The translations under genes and the position numbers were made by a program. The notes below the pieces were generated by a model that was given only the letters and a program-made list of their open reading frames with translations, made no database searches and was not told the DNA's origin. A stretch of 62,978 nucleotides of DNA, counting the filler, from Welwitschia mirabilis (Eukaryota), in assembly GCA_051453625.1 (NCBI GenBank). It is 7 parts of one record of this genome, joined end to end, with 100 filler letters (N's around TTAATTAATTAA, not from the genome) between each part and the next. Parts side by side here need not be neighbours in the genome. Positions count along the whole stretch, not along the records: positions 22,269 to 29,997 come from JBOZIK010000001.1; positions 30,098 to 43,361 come from JBOZIK010000001.1; 5 more parts are not named here. One strand, 5' to 3'. Of the stretch, positions 25,201 through 36,934 are shown in pieces (the first letter of the stretch is position 1; the number at the start of each line of letters is the position of its first letter).

Positions 25201-26095
25201 TGACCAAGTACAAGTGATAACAATAACTATTTATTCTTCTTTAGTAGATAGAGGATGTGCTAATGAGTTGTATAGTAATTCCCAAAACTGATTCAAAAGT
25301 GATACAATGATTTTAACTCTTGAAAAATATATAGGAAAATCTTTTTAGGGTTTTTACAAATGAAAAAATTCTCCAATGGATAAAAACAAGTGCCTAAACG
25401 GCTAGAAAAGTCCCATTTCCATTATGGTCGGTAGACCCCTTAAAATGTTTGATTGATCCCATCTGGTGCCATTACTAAATTCGGTTACCTTCATCTTCTT
25501 CCACTTGATCCCTATTTCTTATAGCTCTATGTTTGGTTGACCCCTCATGATCTAGTCAACTGCATGTCTAGTTATCCACATATTTATCCAGTCGATCCCA
25601 TATCCAGTAAGATGCAAAACAATATTTATGGCCTAGGTCTAGTGGACCCCTTAAAAGTCTAGTTGATCCATTATTGACAAAGGTTGGAAACATCACTCAA
25701 TGTATAGTTGACCCCTTTAGAATCTGATTGATTCATTAATGATCAAATATGAAAGATTTAATGCTCAAGTCTGATTGACCCCTTTAGAATTTAGTCGATC
25801 CTTTGATAATTAGATGTGAAAGATTTGATTCTCAACTCTGGTCAACCCCTCTAGAATCTATTCAACCCATCTATAATCCGTTTTTAGCACTTTAAGATTC
25901 AAGTTTAGTTAACCTTTTAGGAATTTGGTTAACTCCTTTAAGGGTATTAAAACTGTGTAGTTCAGATAAGATCTGTGACAGAATGTTTTAGCTTCTAACA
26001 TGCAAGAATTAATATTTTTTTAACACAAGATGCAACATGTTTTTCTAAATAATAAATGTTAGTTTAACATCAACTTGATAAATATTAACTTAACA
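22269..26095 (-). mobile_element. 5' part of a Sirevirus-type element: 5' LTR (23931-26095, partly duplicated across a gap), PBS and gag
   Basis: Zinc knuckle IQCYACKDHGHIANEC (~22780-22825); KVVTIEEK..LDELQGNLQ; LTR motif AGGGGGAGTGAATAGG; many GGTTGACCCC motifs. Confidence 0.88.
23917..23928 (-). promoter_or_regulatory. Primer-binding site (tRNA-iMet type)
   Basis: TCTCTGATACCA is the rev-comp of TGGTATCAGAGA, 2 nt from the LTR edge. Confidence 0.85.
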
Positions 26096-26099
26096 TTTG

Positions 26100-29000
26100 C
26101 AACTAGCCTAGTCTACATTACGAAATCCTACAAGATCAAAAGATGTTCCTTTAGGATATCATAACCTATAGTCATAAGTGTCTTTTATGTATTTTATGAT
26201 TCTTTTTATAGCTTAAAGGTGTGATTCTTTTGGCTTTACTTGATATCTTATGTAAACAATCATACTAAACATTATATTGGGTTTTTTAGCTATTAAATAC
26301 AATAGGCTTCCTATCATACTCTAATATAGTTTTTGATCTATAGGTTTTCCTTGGTTGTTAAGACTGATTTTACATGTTGACATAGGAGTGGTGGTGAATT
26401 TTGCATTCTTAAGATAAAAATGCTTCACTAAGTTCTTAGCATACTTTGATTAGGAAATGAAGATTCCTTGATTGATTTATCTAATTTGCAGCCTAAGAAA
26501 CATGTTTACTTCTTCTAACATGCTCATCTTAAAGTGTTTTATCATGATATTGATAAACTCTTTTATAACTTTTTTCTTTAATGCTCCAAACATTATGTTA
26601 TCGACATATATCTGAATAATGATTAAGTCTTGTTTAAATTTCTTCATTAATAGGGTTTTATCTATCGATTTTAAGTTATAGTAACTATTCTTAAAAAGGT
26701 TATTAATTTTTCACACCATGCTCTAGGAGCTGTTTCAATCCATATAAAGCTTTCTTAAGTCTATAGATATGGTTTGGTTTATGAGGATCTACAAAACCTC
26801 TAGGTTGTTATACATACACATCTTTATTAAGAACACCATTTAAGAAAGTGCTTTTTACATTCATTTGAAAACCTCTAAAATTTTTCAAAGTTACAAATGA
26901 AAGAAACGTTCTGGTATGATTTAACTTGGGCACCAGAGTAAAGGTATATTCTATATCGATTTCTTTAATTTAATTGTACCCTTGAGCCATTAGTCTTGTC
27001 TTGTTCTTGATCACATTATTGTGTTTACTACATTCATTCTTAATGATACATTTTGTTCCAAATACATTTTGATTCTTAGGCCTTTTAACTAGTTTTAAAA
27101 CATGATTTTTTTAAAAACTGTTACAACTCCTTTTGCATAATTATCATCCATTCTTCATGAGTTTCAACCTCCTCATAGTTCTTGGACTTANNNNNNNNNN
27201 NNNNNNNNNNNNNNNNNNNNNNNNNNNNNNNNNNNNNNNNNNNNNNNNNNNNNNNNNNNNNNNNNNNNNNNNNNNNNNNNNNNNNNNNNNNNNNNNNNNN
27301 NNNNNNNNNNNNNNNNNNNNNNNNNNNNNNNNNNNNNNNNNNNNNNNNNNNNNNNNNNNNNNNNNNNNNNNNNNNNNNNNNNNNNNNNNNNNNNNNNNNN
27401 NNNNNNNNNNNNNNNNNNNNNNNNNNNNNNNNNNNNNNNNNNNNNNNNNNNNNNNNNNNNNNNNNNNNNNNNNNNNNNNNNNNNNNNNNNNNNNNNNNNN
27501 NNNNNNNNNNNNNNNNNNNNNNNNNNNNNNNNNNNNNNNNNNNNNNNNNNNNNNNNNNNNNNNNNNNNNNNNNNNNNNNNNNNNNNNNNNNNNNNNNNNN
27601 NNNNNNNNNNNNNNNNNNNNNNNNNNNNNNNNNNNNNNNNNNNNNNNNNNNNNNNNNNNNNNNNNNNNNNNNNNNNNNNNNNNNNNNNNNNNNNNNNNNN
27701 NNNNNNNNNNNNNNNNNNNNNNNNNNNNNNNNNNNNNNNNNNNNNNNNNNNNNNNNNNNNNNNNNNNNNNNNNNNNNNNNNNNNNNNNNNNNNNNNNNNN
27801 NNNNNNNNNNNNNNNNNNNNNNNNNNNNNNNNNNNNNNNNNNNNNNNNNNNNNNNNNNNNNNNNNNNNNNNNNNNNNNNNNNNNNNNNNNNNNNNNNNNN
27901 NNNNNNNNNNNNNNNNNNNNNNNNNNNNNNNNNNNNNNNNNNNNNNNNNNNNNNNNNNNNNNNNNNNNNNNNNNNNNNNNNNNNNNNNNNNNNNNNNNNN
28001 NNNNNNNNNNNNNNNNNNNNNNNNNNNNNNNNNNNNNNNNNNNNNNNNNNNNNNNNNNNNNNNNNNNNNNNNNNNNNNNNNNNNNNNNNNNNNNNNNNNN
28101 NNNNNNNNNNNNNNNNTACACTCTATTGATGATATAGCATGTAGTACTCACTACTTTAGCCTAAAAAGTTCTTAGAACTTCCTTATTGTTGAACATTGTT
28201 CTTGTCATCTCTTGGAGAACTTTATTTTTCCTTTCAGCTACACATTTTGTTATGGTATTTTTGGTGATAAAAACTCATGCGTAATCCCATTGTTGGCATA
28301 ATAAGTTTCAAAATAATGGTTTTCAAATTTGCCTCCATGATTACTTCTAATACATTTAATAGAATACCCTTTTTCATGTTGTATTTGATTAAATATCTTA
28401 ACAGATTATTTGAATGTTTTAGCTTTATTTCCTAGGAAGTAATCTAAGTAAATCTAAAGTAGTTATTAATCATTACCAAGAAATATTACTTTCCTACTAG
28501 GATTTTTGTTTGGAAAGAACCTCCAAAGTCCATATGAATAAGTTGAAGAGGCATAGACATGAAGCTTAAGTTTTTGCTCTTATGGGAGGTTCTAATTTAT
28601 TTTCTCTTTTAACAAGCATCATATAACCCATGTTTACCATCACTAAGTTTTGGAATCCCTCTCACAATTTTCTTTTTGATGAGAGTCTTAAGTTGATCAT
28701 ATTTTACATGTCTTAAACATTGGTGCCATAACTCTTCTGGGTTAACTTACAAGGAATGACAAATAGAAGAGGATTGTTTAATTGTGTATCTATCCTATTT
28801 TCTTTGATAAGAACTTCATCTATTCTATCATGTCTAACTTTACATTTTTTACTATGGAAAATAACTCGATGATTTTTATCACAACTTTGACTAATGTTAA
28901 GAAAATTATCTTTAAGACCATTTACATATAAAACTTCATTAATTTTAGGGATATTACCTCCACTAATGCTTCTTATGCCTTTAATTTTTTTCTTTTCCAT

Positions 29001-29870
29001 TGTCACTGAAAGTTATCTTTTCCCCATCAAAGTCATCTATTCATTGGAATCTTGAATTATCACTTGTGATATGATGAGAGTAATTGTTATTCAAGTACCA
29101 GCAAGTTTCACTACTAGTCCTAAAAGCTGTTTGAATTAATAAAATTGTTAAATTATTAGCCCTCATTCACTTAGTCCTTTTGAATTGTTATGGTGATGAA
29201 TATTTATGCATAGATTTGAAAGAAAAAGTACTAGTGCTACTTGAAAAAAGCATAACCTTTTTCAAATTGTAAAACAACTTAGAATGGCCTAGTTTACCAT
29301 AAAAGTCATAAGTAATCTTTGAAATGAGATTGTTATTTTATTAAGTTATCTAATTAGAAGAAGTGGATGGTTTTAAGAAATAAAATCCAATACTTCTTTG
29401 GTTATGGACCAAATTTCCTATTTCAAGCATCTACTCCAATTTATTAGAGCTGTCAAAAAATTTATTTACAAAATAAGACAAACTTTTCACCTCTTAAAGT
29501 TAACTCTTATTCTCCATTTAAATTTTCTTGTAGTTGAGCTCTAAAGATTCTTTTTCCTTGTGTAGATACTTCATTATTTTGTTTAGTTTATTTATTAGCT
29601 TATCTAGCTTCTCATATTTTGAGTATAGTTTTTGAAAGATACGTTCTAAATCTTCTTCCCTTTTTTCTATGATGTTTAAGTCATCTAGTTTGGTTGAACA
29701 TGGAATTCCACTTAAAGTTGGTGCTATTGCCATGAAACAAAGTCTCTTATCTTGTTTTAACTTTTGACTAGAACTACTATCTTATTTGTCATTCAAGTTA
29801 TCCCAAATTGTAATAAGAGAGGGTATTTTTAATTTTTTGTGATGCCTTTTGTTATTTGGACATTTATTAG
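26100..29870 (-). mobile_element. Sirevirus-type gag-pol fragment (gag end, protease, integrase, RT), abutting the preceding element's LTR
   Basis: WYLNN..SHHIT (~29090); VLYVNGLKDNFLNISQSCDK; IVRGIPKL; LQLIHMDFGG; IRSNHGGKFEN; QMNVKSTFLNG; IIQIYVDNIMFG. Confidence 0.88.
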
Positions 29871-30097
29871 GTAACACCCCAACTTTAATTATCTTAATTA
29901 ACCATAATATTTTTTCTAAAGTATTAATAACTAACATGCACAATGGAACCTAGGATCAAATCCTATTTAGACTCTATTAATACATTATAAGATTTAANNN
30001 NNNNNNNNNNNNNNNNNNNNNNNNNNNNNNNNNNNNNNNNNTTAATTAATTAANNNNNNNNNNNNNNNNNNNNNNNNNNNNNNNNNNNNNNNNNNNN

Positions 30098-30720
30098 CAT
30101 CTAAGTAAAAAATGGATAAGAAGAGTAAAAAAAAAATAAAAAATAATCAAGATCCTAATTTCTCAGGAGCTGAATGACATCCCTGAGCTCTTTAAGCTCT
30201 GAGGTTACCACAGGCTACTCTTGGCACATTAGCTTCTTCTCAAACTTTTCTAAGAACTTTTCAATGTCCTCCTCTGATATCCCATGATAAAAAATAGTAG
30301 GATCTATTGAATAAGCTTCCTTCACTCTCCTCTTAGATAAGCTTTCAACTATTTCAAAGGCTTTAAAAGCAATACATCTAAAATTAAGGCACTAGATCTG
30401 AGAGTAAATATCTAGATATAGAAGAAAAAGCTCTAGATCTAAGAGATGGAGAAGGCTAAAACATAAGAAAATTGATTTAGGAGCTCTTTCTTTTACAGAC
30501 TATGCGAAATAAGGTGAAATGAAGAAAGAAATCAGGTCCACCAATGGTACTTCTACACTGTGATCCGTTAGGTCTGGCTGACCATTTGAAATTCTAGTCG
30601 ACCCCTCGAGACATAGGTCTATAGTAGNNNNNNNNNNNNNNNNNNNNNNNNNNNNNNNNNNNNTGATTAAATCATAGATTTGGTTGACTATCCTACAAGC
30701 AGTCACAAAACAATGAGTAA
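30098..30720 (-). mobile_element. N-terminal part of a Sirevirus env-like ORF and upstream GTCGACCC-motif region
   Basis: Minus-strand FLEKFEKKLMCQE*PV..ELRDVIQLLRN..SYPF resembles the N-termini of the other env-like ORFs; motifs at 30535-30700. Confidence 0.5.
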
Positions 30721-31897
30721 AACCCCAGTTTGTTTTTGTAATTGACAAGTAAATTATAAAAATAGGGTATTACTTCAGAGTTTTCTAGAAAATGTTCTGA
30801 ATTATCAAAATTTAAGCTAATATTTCTATTTTCCATGTTGCATTTCATATGATTTAACTAATCAATCAAACAAGTATCTATTCTATAGATATTATCTACN
30901 NNNNNNNNNNNNNNNNNNNNNNNNNNNNNNNNNNNNNNNNNNNNNNNNNNNNNNNNNNNNNNNNNNNNNNNNNNNNNNNNNNNNNNNNNNNNNNNNNNNN
31001 NNNNNNNNNNNNNNNNNNNNNNNNNNNNNNNNNNNNNNNNNNNNNNNNNNNNNNNNNNNNNNNNNNNNNNNNNNNNNNNNNNNNNNNNNNNNNNNNNNNN
31101 NNNNNNNNNNNNNNNNNNNNNNNNNNNNNNNNNNNNNNNNNNNNNNNNNNNNNNNNNNNNNNNNNNNNNNNNNNNNNNNNNNNNNNNNNNNNNNNNNNNN
31201 NNNNNNNNNNNNNNNNNNNNNNNNNNNNNNNNNNNNNNNNNNNNNNNNNNNNNNNNNNNNNNNNNNNNNNNNNNNNNNNNNNNNNNNNNNNNNNNNNNNN
31301 NNNNNNNNNNNNNNNNNNNNNNNNNNNNNNNNNNNNNNNNNNNNNNNNNNNNNNNNNNNNNNNNNNNNNNNNNNNNNNNNNNNNNNNNNNNNNNNNNNNN
31401 NNNNNNNNNNNNNNNNNNNNNNNNNNNNNNNNNNNNNNNNNNNNNNNNNNNNNNNNNNNNNNNNNNNNNNNNNNNNNNNNNNNNNNNNNNNNNNNNNNNN
31501 NNNNNNNNNNNNNNNNNNNNNNNNNNNNNNNNNNNNNNNNNNNNNNNNNNNNNNNNNNNNNNNNNNNNNNNNNNNNNNNNNNNNNNNNNNNNNNNNNNNN
31601 NNNNNNNNNNNNNNNNNNNNNNNNNNNNNNNNNNNNNNNNNNNNNNNNNNNNNNNNNNNNNNNNNNNNNNNNNNNNNNNNNNNNNNNNNNNNNNNNNNNN
31701 NNNNNNNNNNNNNNNNNNNNNNNNNNNNNNNNNNNNNNNNNNNNNNNNNNNNNNNNNNNNNNNNNNNNNNNNNNNNNNNNNNNNNNNNNNNNNNNNNNNN
31801 NNNNNNNNNNNNNNNNNNNNNNNNNNNNNNNNNNNNNNNNNNNNNNNNNNNNNNNNNNNNNNNNNNNNNNNNNNNNNNNNNNNNNNNNNNNNNNNNA

Positions 31898-34800
31898 GTA
31901 GGTTTTTACACTCTAAGCATCTGTTCCAATTTAGAAAAACCATCAGAAAATTTATTTACAAGGAAGGAAAAATCTTTTACCTAAGACATTAAATTGGTGT
32001 TGTTAGATTTTATCATATTATATTTTATTTTCATTTCCTCCTTTTTTTTGGGGAGAGTCTTTACTACTTTGTTCAGATCATTTATCCTAGCTAGCTTTTC
32101 ACATTTATCATATAGCTCCTAGCATGTATCTTCTAACTCATCCTCTTTTCTATTGATCATGTCAAAATCATCAGACTCTAACATGCTAGGAATATCTTTA
32201 AGGAATGGCACAATCACTGTGAAAGACAATCTTTTTCTTTGTCTGATTCTTGATCTGAATAGCTATCATCATCATTATCATCATTATTCCATGCGATAAT
32301 AAGAGAGGGAATCTTTGTTTTCTTATTATCTCTCCTTGTGTTGGGATACTTATTTGCCATATGACTAAATTATTTACATGAGTAGTATTGGATTTCTTTA
32401 CCTTTTTCTTGTTACTTTCTATGCTTTAAATGATTTCTTTTTGAATTTCTACTTGATTCTTCTTCCTTTTCCTTCCTATGTAGAAACTTTCTAGACCTTC
32501 TGTTAGAAGAGATACTTCATTATCNNNNNNNNNNNNNNNNNNNNNNNNNNNNNNNNNNNNNNNNNNNNNNNNNNNNNNNNNNNNNNNNNNNNNNNNNNNN
32601 NNNNNNNNNNNNNNNNNNNNNNNNACATGATAGGAATATCTTTGAGGGATGGAACAATCACTGTGAAAGATAACCTTTTTCTTTATCTGATTCTTGATCT
32701 GAATAGCTATCATCATCATTATCATCATTATCCCATGTGATAATAAGAGAGGGATTCTTTATTTTCTTATTATCTCTCCTTATGTTGGGACACTTATTTG
32801 CCATATGACCAAATCCTTTGCATGAGTAGTATTGGATTTCTTTACATTTTTCTTGCTCCTTTCTATGCTTTAGATGATTTATTTTTGAATTTCTACTTGA
32901 TTCTTCTTCTTTTTCCTTCCTATGTAAAAACTTTCTGAACCTTCTATTAGAAGAGACACTTCATTATTGTCCAAGGTCTTATCTTATCTTTCATATCTAT
33001 AGTCTTCTTGCACACATTTTAAAGTAATACTTTTCTTCTTATCTTTAACAAATTTAAGTTCATAGATTTGTAAATTAACTTGTAGTTCTTCCAATACCAT
33101 TGTATTTATGTTTTTGCTCTCCTCGATAGTTGTGACCTTTGGTACAAATCTCTTCGATAGAGGTCTCAAGACTTTTCTTACCTCCTTTCTTTCATCCAAG
33201 CATTCTCCAAAGCTTTCCATAGAGTTTATGATATTCTTAAGTCTAGCAGAGAATTCCTACAACATCTCCTCTTCATCCATATAGATGTCTTTAAATTTTG
33301 AAATAACAGTTGAGGTTCCTTCGTGTGCTACTTCTAGAATTTTCCAAGCTTTTTTACCATGATTATAGTTTCCTTTAAACTTAAACTCATCTACATAGAT
33401 TACATAAAATATGGCATTAAGAGCATGGCATCTATGATAGCTTTTGACTTGTTAATGGAGGTCCATTGATTTTGGATTTTGGGAACCAAGATAGTATTAC
33501 CATTGACATCANNNNNNNNNNNNNNNNNNNNNNNNNNNNNNNNNNNNNNNNNNNNNNNNNNNNNNNNNNNNNNNNNNNNNNNNNNNNNNNNNNNNNNNNN
33601 NNNNNNNNNNNCAAAGAATTCCTATAAGGTCTTCTCTTCGTCCATATAGATGTCTTTAAATTTTAAAATAAGCATTTAAAGTTTTGCTTGCTTTACAGTT
33701 GAGGTTCCTTCGTGTGCTACTTCTAGAATTTTCCAAGCTTTTTTACCATGATTATAGTTTACTTTAAACTTAAACTCATCTGCACAGATTGCATAAAATA
33801 TGGCATTAAGAGCATGGCATCTATGATATCTTTTAACTTGTCAATGGAGGTCCATTGATTTTTGGTTTTGGAAACCAAGATAGTATTACCATTGACATTA
33901 GTTTGAGTTAACATAGGCATAGTATAACCTTTATAAATGACTTCCTTTATATCAACATCTAAAGATTTANNNNNNNNNNNNNNNNNNNNNNNNNNNNNNN
34001 NNNNNNNNNNNNNNNNNNNNNNNNNNNNNNNNNNNNNNNNNNNNNNNNNNNNNNNNNNNNNNNNNNNNNGAGTTAACATAGGCATAGTATAACCTTTATA
34101 AATGACTTCCTCTCTAAAGATTTAAGAAATATTCTCATTTTAGCTTTTCAATAAGCATATTTTAACCTATCAAACATGAGTGGATGACTGATGGAAAAAG
34201 CATTAGATGGATTACTTATTGTATGGTTCTAAAGTTAAGATTGATTAAAATCTAAAGAAGACTTAACTTTGTTCGAATACCAATTGATAAGATCAAGAAC
34301 CCTAGAAGGGGAGTGAATAGATTCTTAAAATTACAATATGATATTCTAAACAAATTTGAAATAAATCAAAAACTTGCATAAAATAATTTACTAAAACAAA
34401 ATGTACATGAAAATAAAAGTTAATAGAAAAAAATAAACTAACTAAAATCATAAAAGTACCAAATAGATGCACGCAGGATTTATAGTAATTTAGAAAACCC
34501 CCTACCCTACTCTCACGATTAGCTTATCCCCAAGGTTGATTTGGATTTTTATTACTCCACTAGGTATTCCAGGTTCATCTTTAATCTTTACAAATAGACT
34601 TTTCCAGGCTTAGTCTTAATATTTGAATGGATTTTCAAGGCTTAATCTTGACCTTTGAATAAACTTTTCAAGGCTTAGTCTCAATCTTTTATAATACAAA
34701 GTAGTAATATAATGATGCAAATATACACGGATATCACTCATTCTTGATACAGTGGATTTGATAGAGCTNNNNNNNNNNNNNNNNNNNNNNNNNNNNNNNN

Positions 34801-36415
34801 NNNNNNNNNNNNNNNNNNNNNNNNNNNNNNNNNNNNNNNNNNNNNNNNNNNNNNNNNNNNNNNNNNNNTAGATGCACACAGGATTTATAGTAATTTAGAA
34901 AACCCCCTACTCTACTCTCATGATTAGCTTATTCCCAAGCTCGATTTGGATTTTTATTACTCCACTAGGTATTCTAGGTTCATATTTAATCTTTACAAAT
35001 AAACTTTTCCAGGCTTAGTCTCAATATTTGAATGGATTTTCAAGGCTTAGTCTTGACCTTTGAATAAACTTTCCAAGGCTTAGTCTCAATCTTCCATAAT
35101 ACAAAGTAGTAATGTAATGATGCAAATATGCACGGATATCACTCATTCTTGATACAGTGGATTTGATAGAGCTCTTCTCCTATAGATGTATAATAGATGA
35201 AGCATAGGATCTGATCTAGAATGTAGACATGATATAGACAGTAGATCTTCCTTGGTAAGAAATACAGATGCCAAGACATGACAGTGAATATCACAAGATA
35301 ATAATGCTTATTTCTTAGATCCAATAGATTAACATAATTAACAATGATTCCAAAGGATTCTATAATCATCTATCTCTTGGCTATTTATATTAGAAGGATT
35401 TTATGGTTTATTACCTTTGAAATGTGCTTTCAATAACTATAAATGGCTAGAAAATGGCTATCTAATGGATACATAATGAATAGAAAATATTAGTTTCATT
35501 CCATCTGNNNNNNNNNNNNNNNNNNNNNNNNNNNNNNNNNNNNNNNNNNNNNNNNNNNNNNNNNNNNNNNNNNNNNNNNNNNNNNNNNNNNNNNNNNNNG
35601 CTTTATGTCCAATCAATACCATCTAGGTCTGGTTGACCCTAGTCCAATTACTTGCTTGTCTTGATAAAGATCTTTTCACTTTTCAGCATTAGGTCTGGTC
35701 GATACATTTAGGTATCTAGTCGACCCCATGATAATTGGATTACGAGTATCAACTATATAATGCTTAAGTTCGATTAACCCATCATAGATCTAATTGAACC
35801 CTTGATAATTAGTTTAGGAGTACTATTTCTTGGTTCACAGATCCGATTAACCATTATAGACTCGATCGACCCCTTATTATTTAGTTCAGGGATACTGTTT
35901 ATCAGGTCCTCAAATTCGGTTGACCCCATAAATATCTGGTTGAACCCATAAATGTTTGATCAACCTCTTGCCATTTGATTAAGGAACACTGGTTCTCGAG
36001 GTTATAGGTTCGGTTGATCCCATCAGAAATCTAGTTGACCCCTTTCAACGCAGTTTATTTTGTTTGTCTACTTTAGGTGTAGTTTACTCCTTAAAACTTT
36101 AGTTGACCCTTCAAGAGGGTAAAAGAACTGATAGGTTTTTAATGCTTAGAATTCAATGTTTTTTATTTCATCTTTCGACTTGTAAGAAATTAACATCTTC
36201 TAAACAAGATACNNNNNNNNNNNNNNNNNNNNNNNNNNNNNNNNNNNNNNNNNNNNNNNNNNNNNNNNNNNNNNNNNNNNNNNNNNNNNNNNNNNNNNNN
36301 NNNNNNNNNNNNATCTTTTGACCTGTAAGAAATTAACATCTTCTAAACAAGATACACAAAATTTGCTATACCAAAAATATTAGTTTAACATTAATTAACA
36401 AGACATAATTTGATA
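31898..36415 (-). mobile_element. 5' part of a Sirevirus-type element: LTR (34285-~36415), degenerate PBS (~34271-34282) and gag, with several gap-flanking duplications
   Basis: VRKVLRPLSKRFVPKVTTIEESK..LEELQVNLQ; AWKILEVAHEGTS.VKQAKL; knuckle remnant YYSCKGFGHMANKCP; LTR edge TGATAAGATCAAGAACCCTAGAAGGGGAGTGAATAG. Confidence 0.87.
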
Positions 36416-36419
36416 ATAT

Positions 36420-36910
36420 TACTATGATACCAAAGAAATAGAAAGTAGTAGATGTTTAGAATCATGGACTCATTGGAATGTGTAATGTTCTCTATATGAT
36501 CTTTACTAAGGTCATGATTAATAGAGTAAGACTTTAACTTTAGAATGTAGTGAGATTAAACCAAGTAGGACATCTAGAGAAAAAAATCATTTTTGACCAA
36601 TTGATATTCAATCATGAAGTTTTTCATTCTATAGAGAAGAAAAATATAAGAGCCTATGTATTAAAACTAGATATTTGAAAAACTTATAATAGTATTTCTA
36701 GGGGTTTCTTAGAATATGTCCTAAAAACAAATAGTCTCTCTTCCTATTTATCAAGCTAATCATGCATATTGAAAGAATGGCTAGATTTAGTATTAAAAAG
36801 AATAAAAATCTTTATGAGTTTGTCAGAATAGAAAGAGGGTCATGTAAGGAGGATCCCCTCTCACTATACCTTTTATAATCATTTTAGATGTATTAAAATA
36901 CTTCATAAAG
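36420..36910 (+). mobile_element. LINE (L1-like) reverse transcriptase fragment
   Basis: IGMCNVLYMIFTKVMINRVR; VLKLDI*KTYNSISRGFLEYVL; RGSCKEDPLSLYLFIIILDVL match L1 motifs CNV.YKI..K...NRL, KLDI.KAYD and RGLRQGDPLSPYLF. Confidence 0.85.
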
Positions 36911-36934
36911 AAAGAAGGGGGAAAAGGGTGAAAA

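Noticed and set aside
27133-28151. Long ORFs in the track (also 30858-31943, 46058-46944, 47953-49007, 51054-51611, 55628-56495)
   Set aside because: Almost entirely X; they only run through assembly gaps
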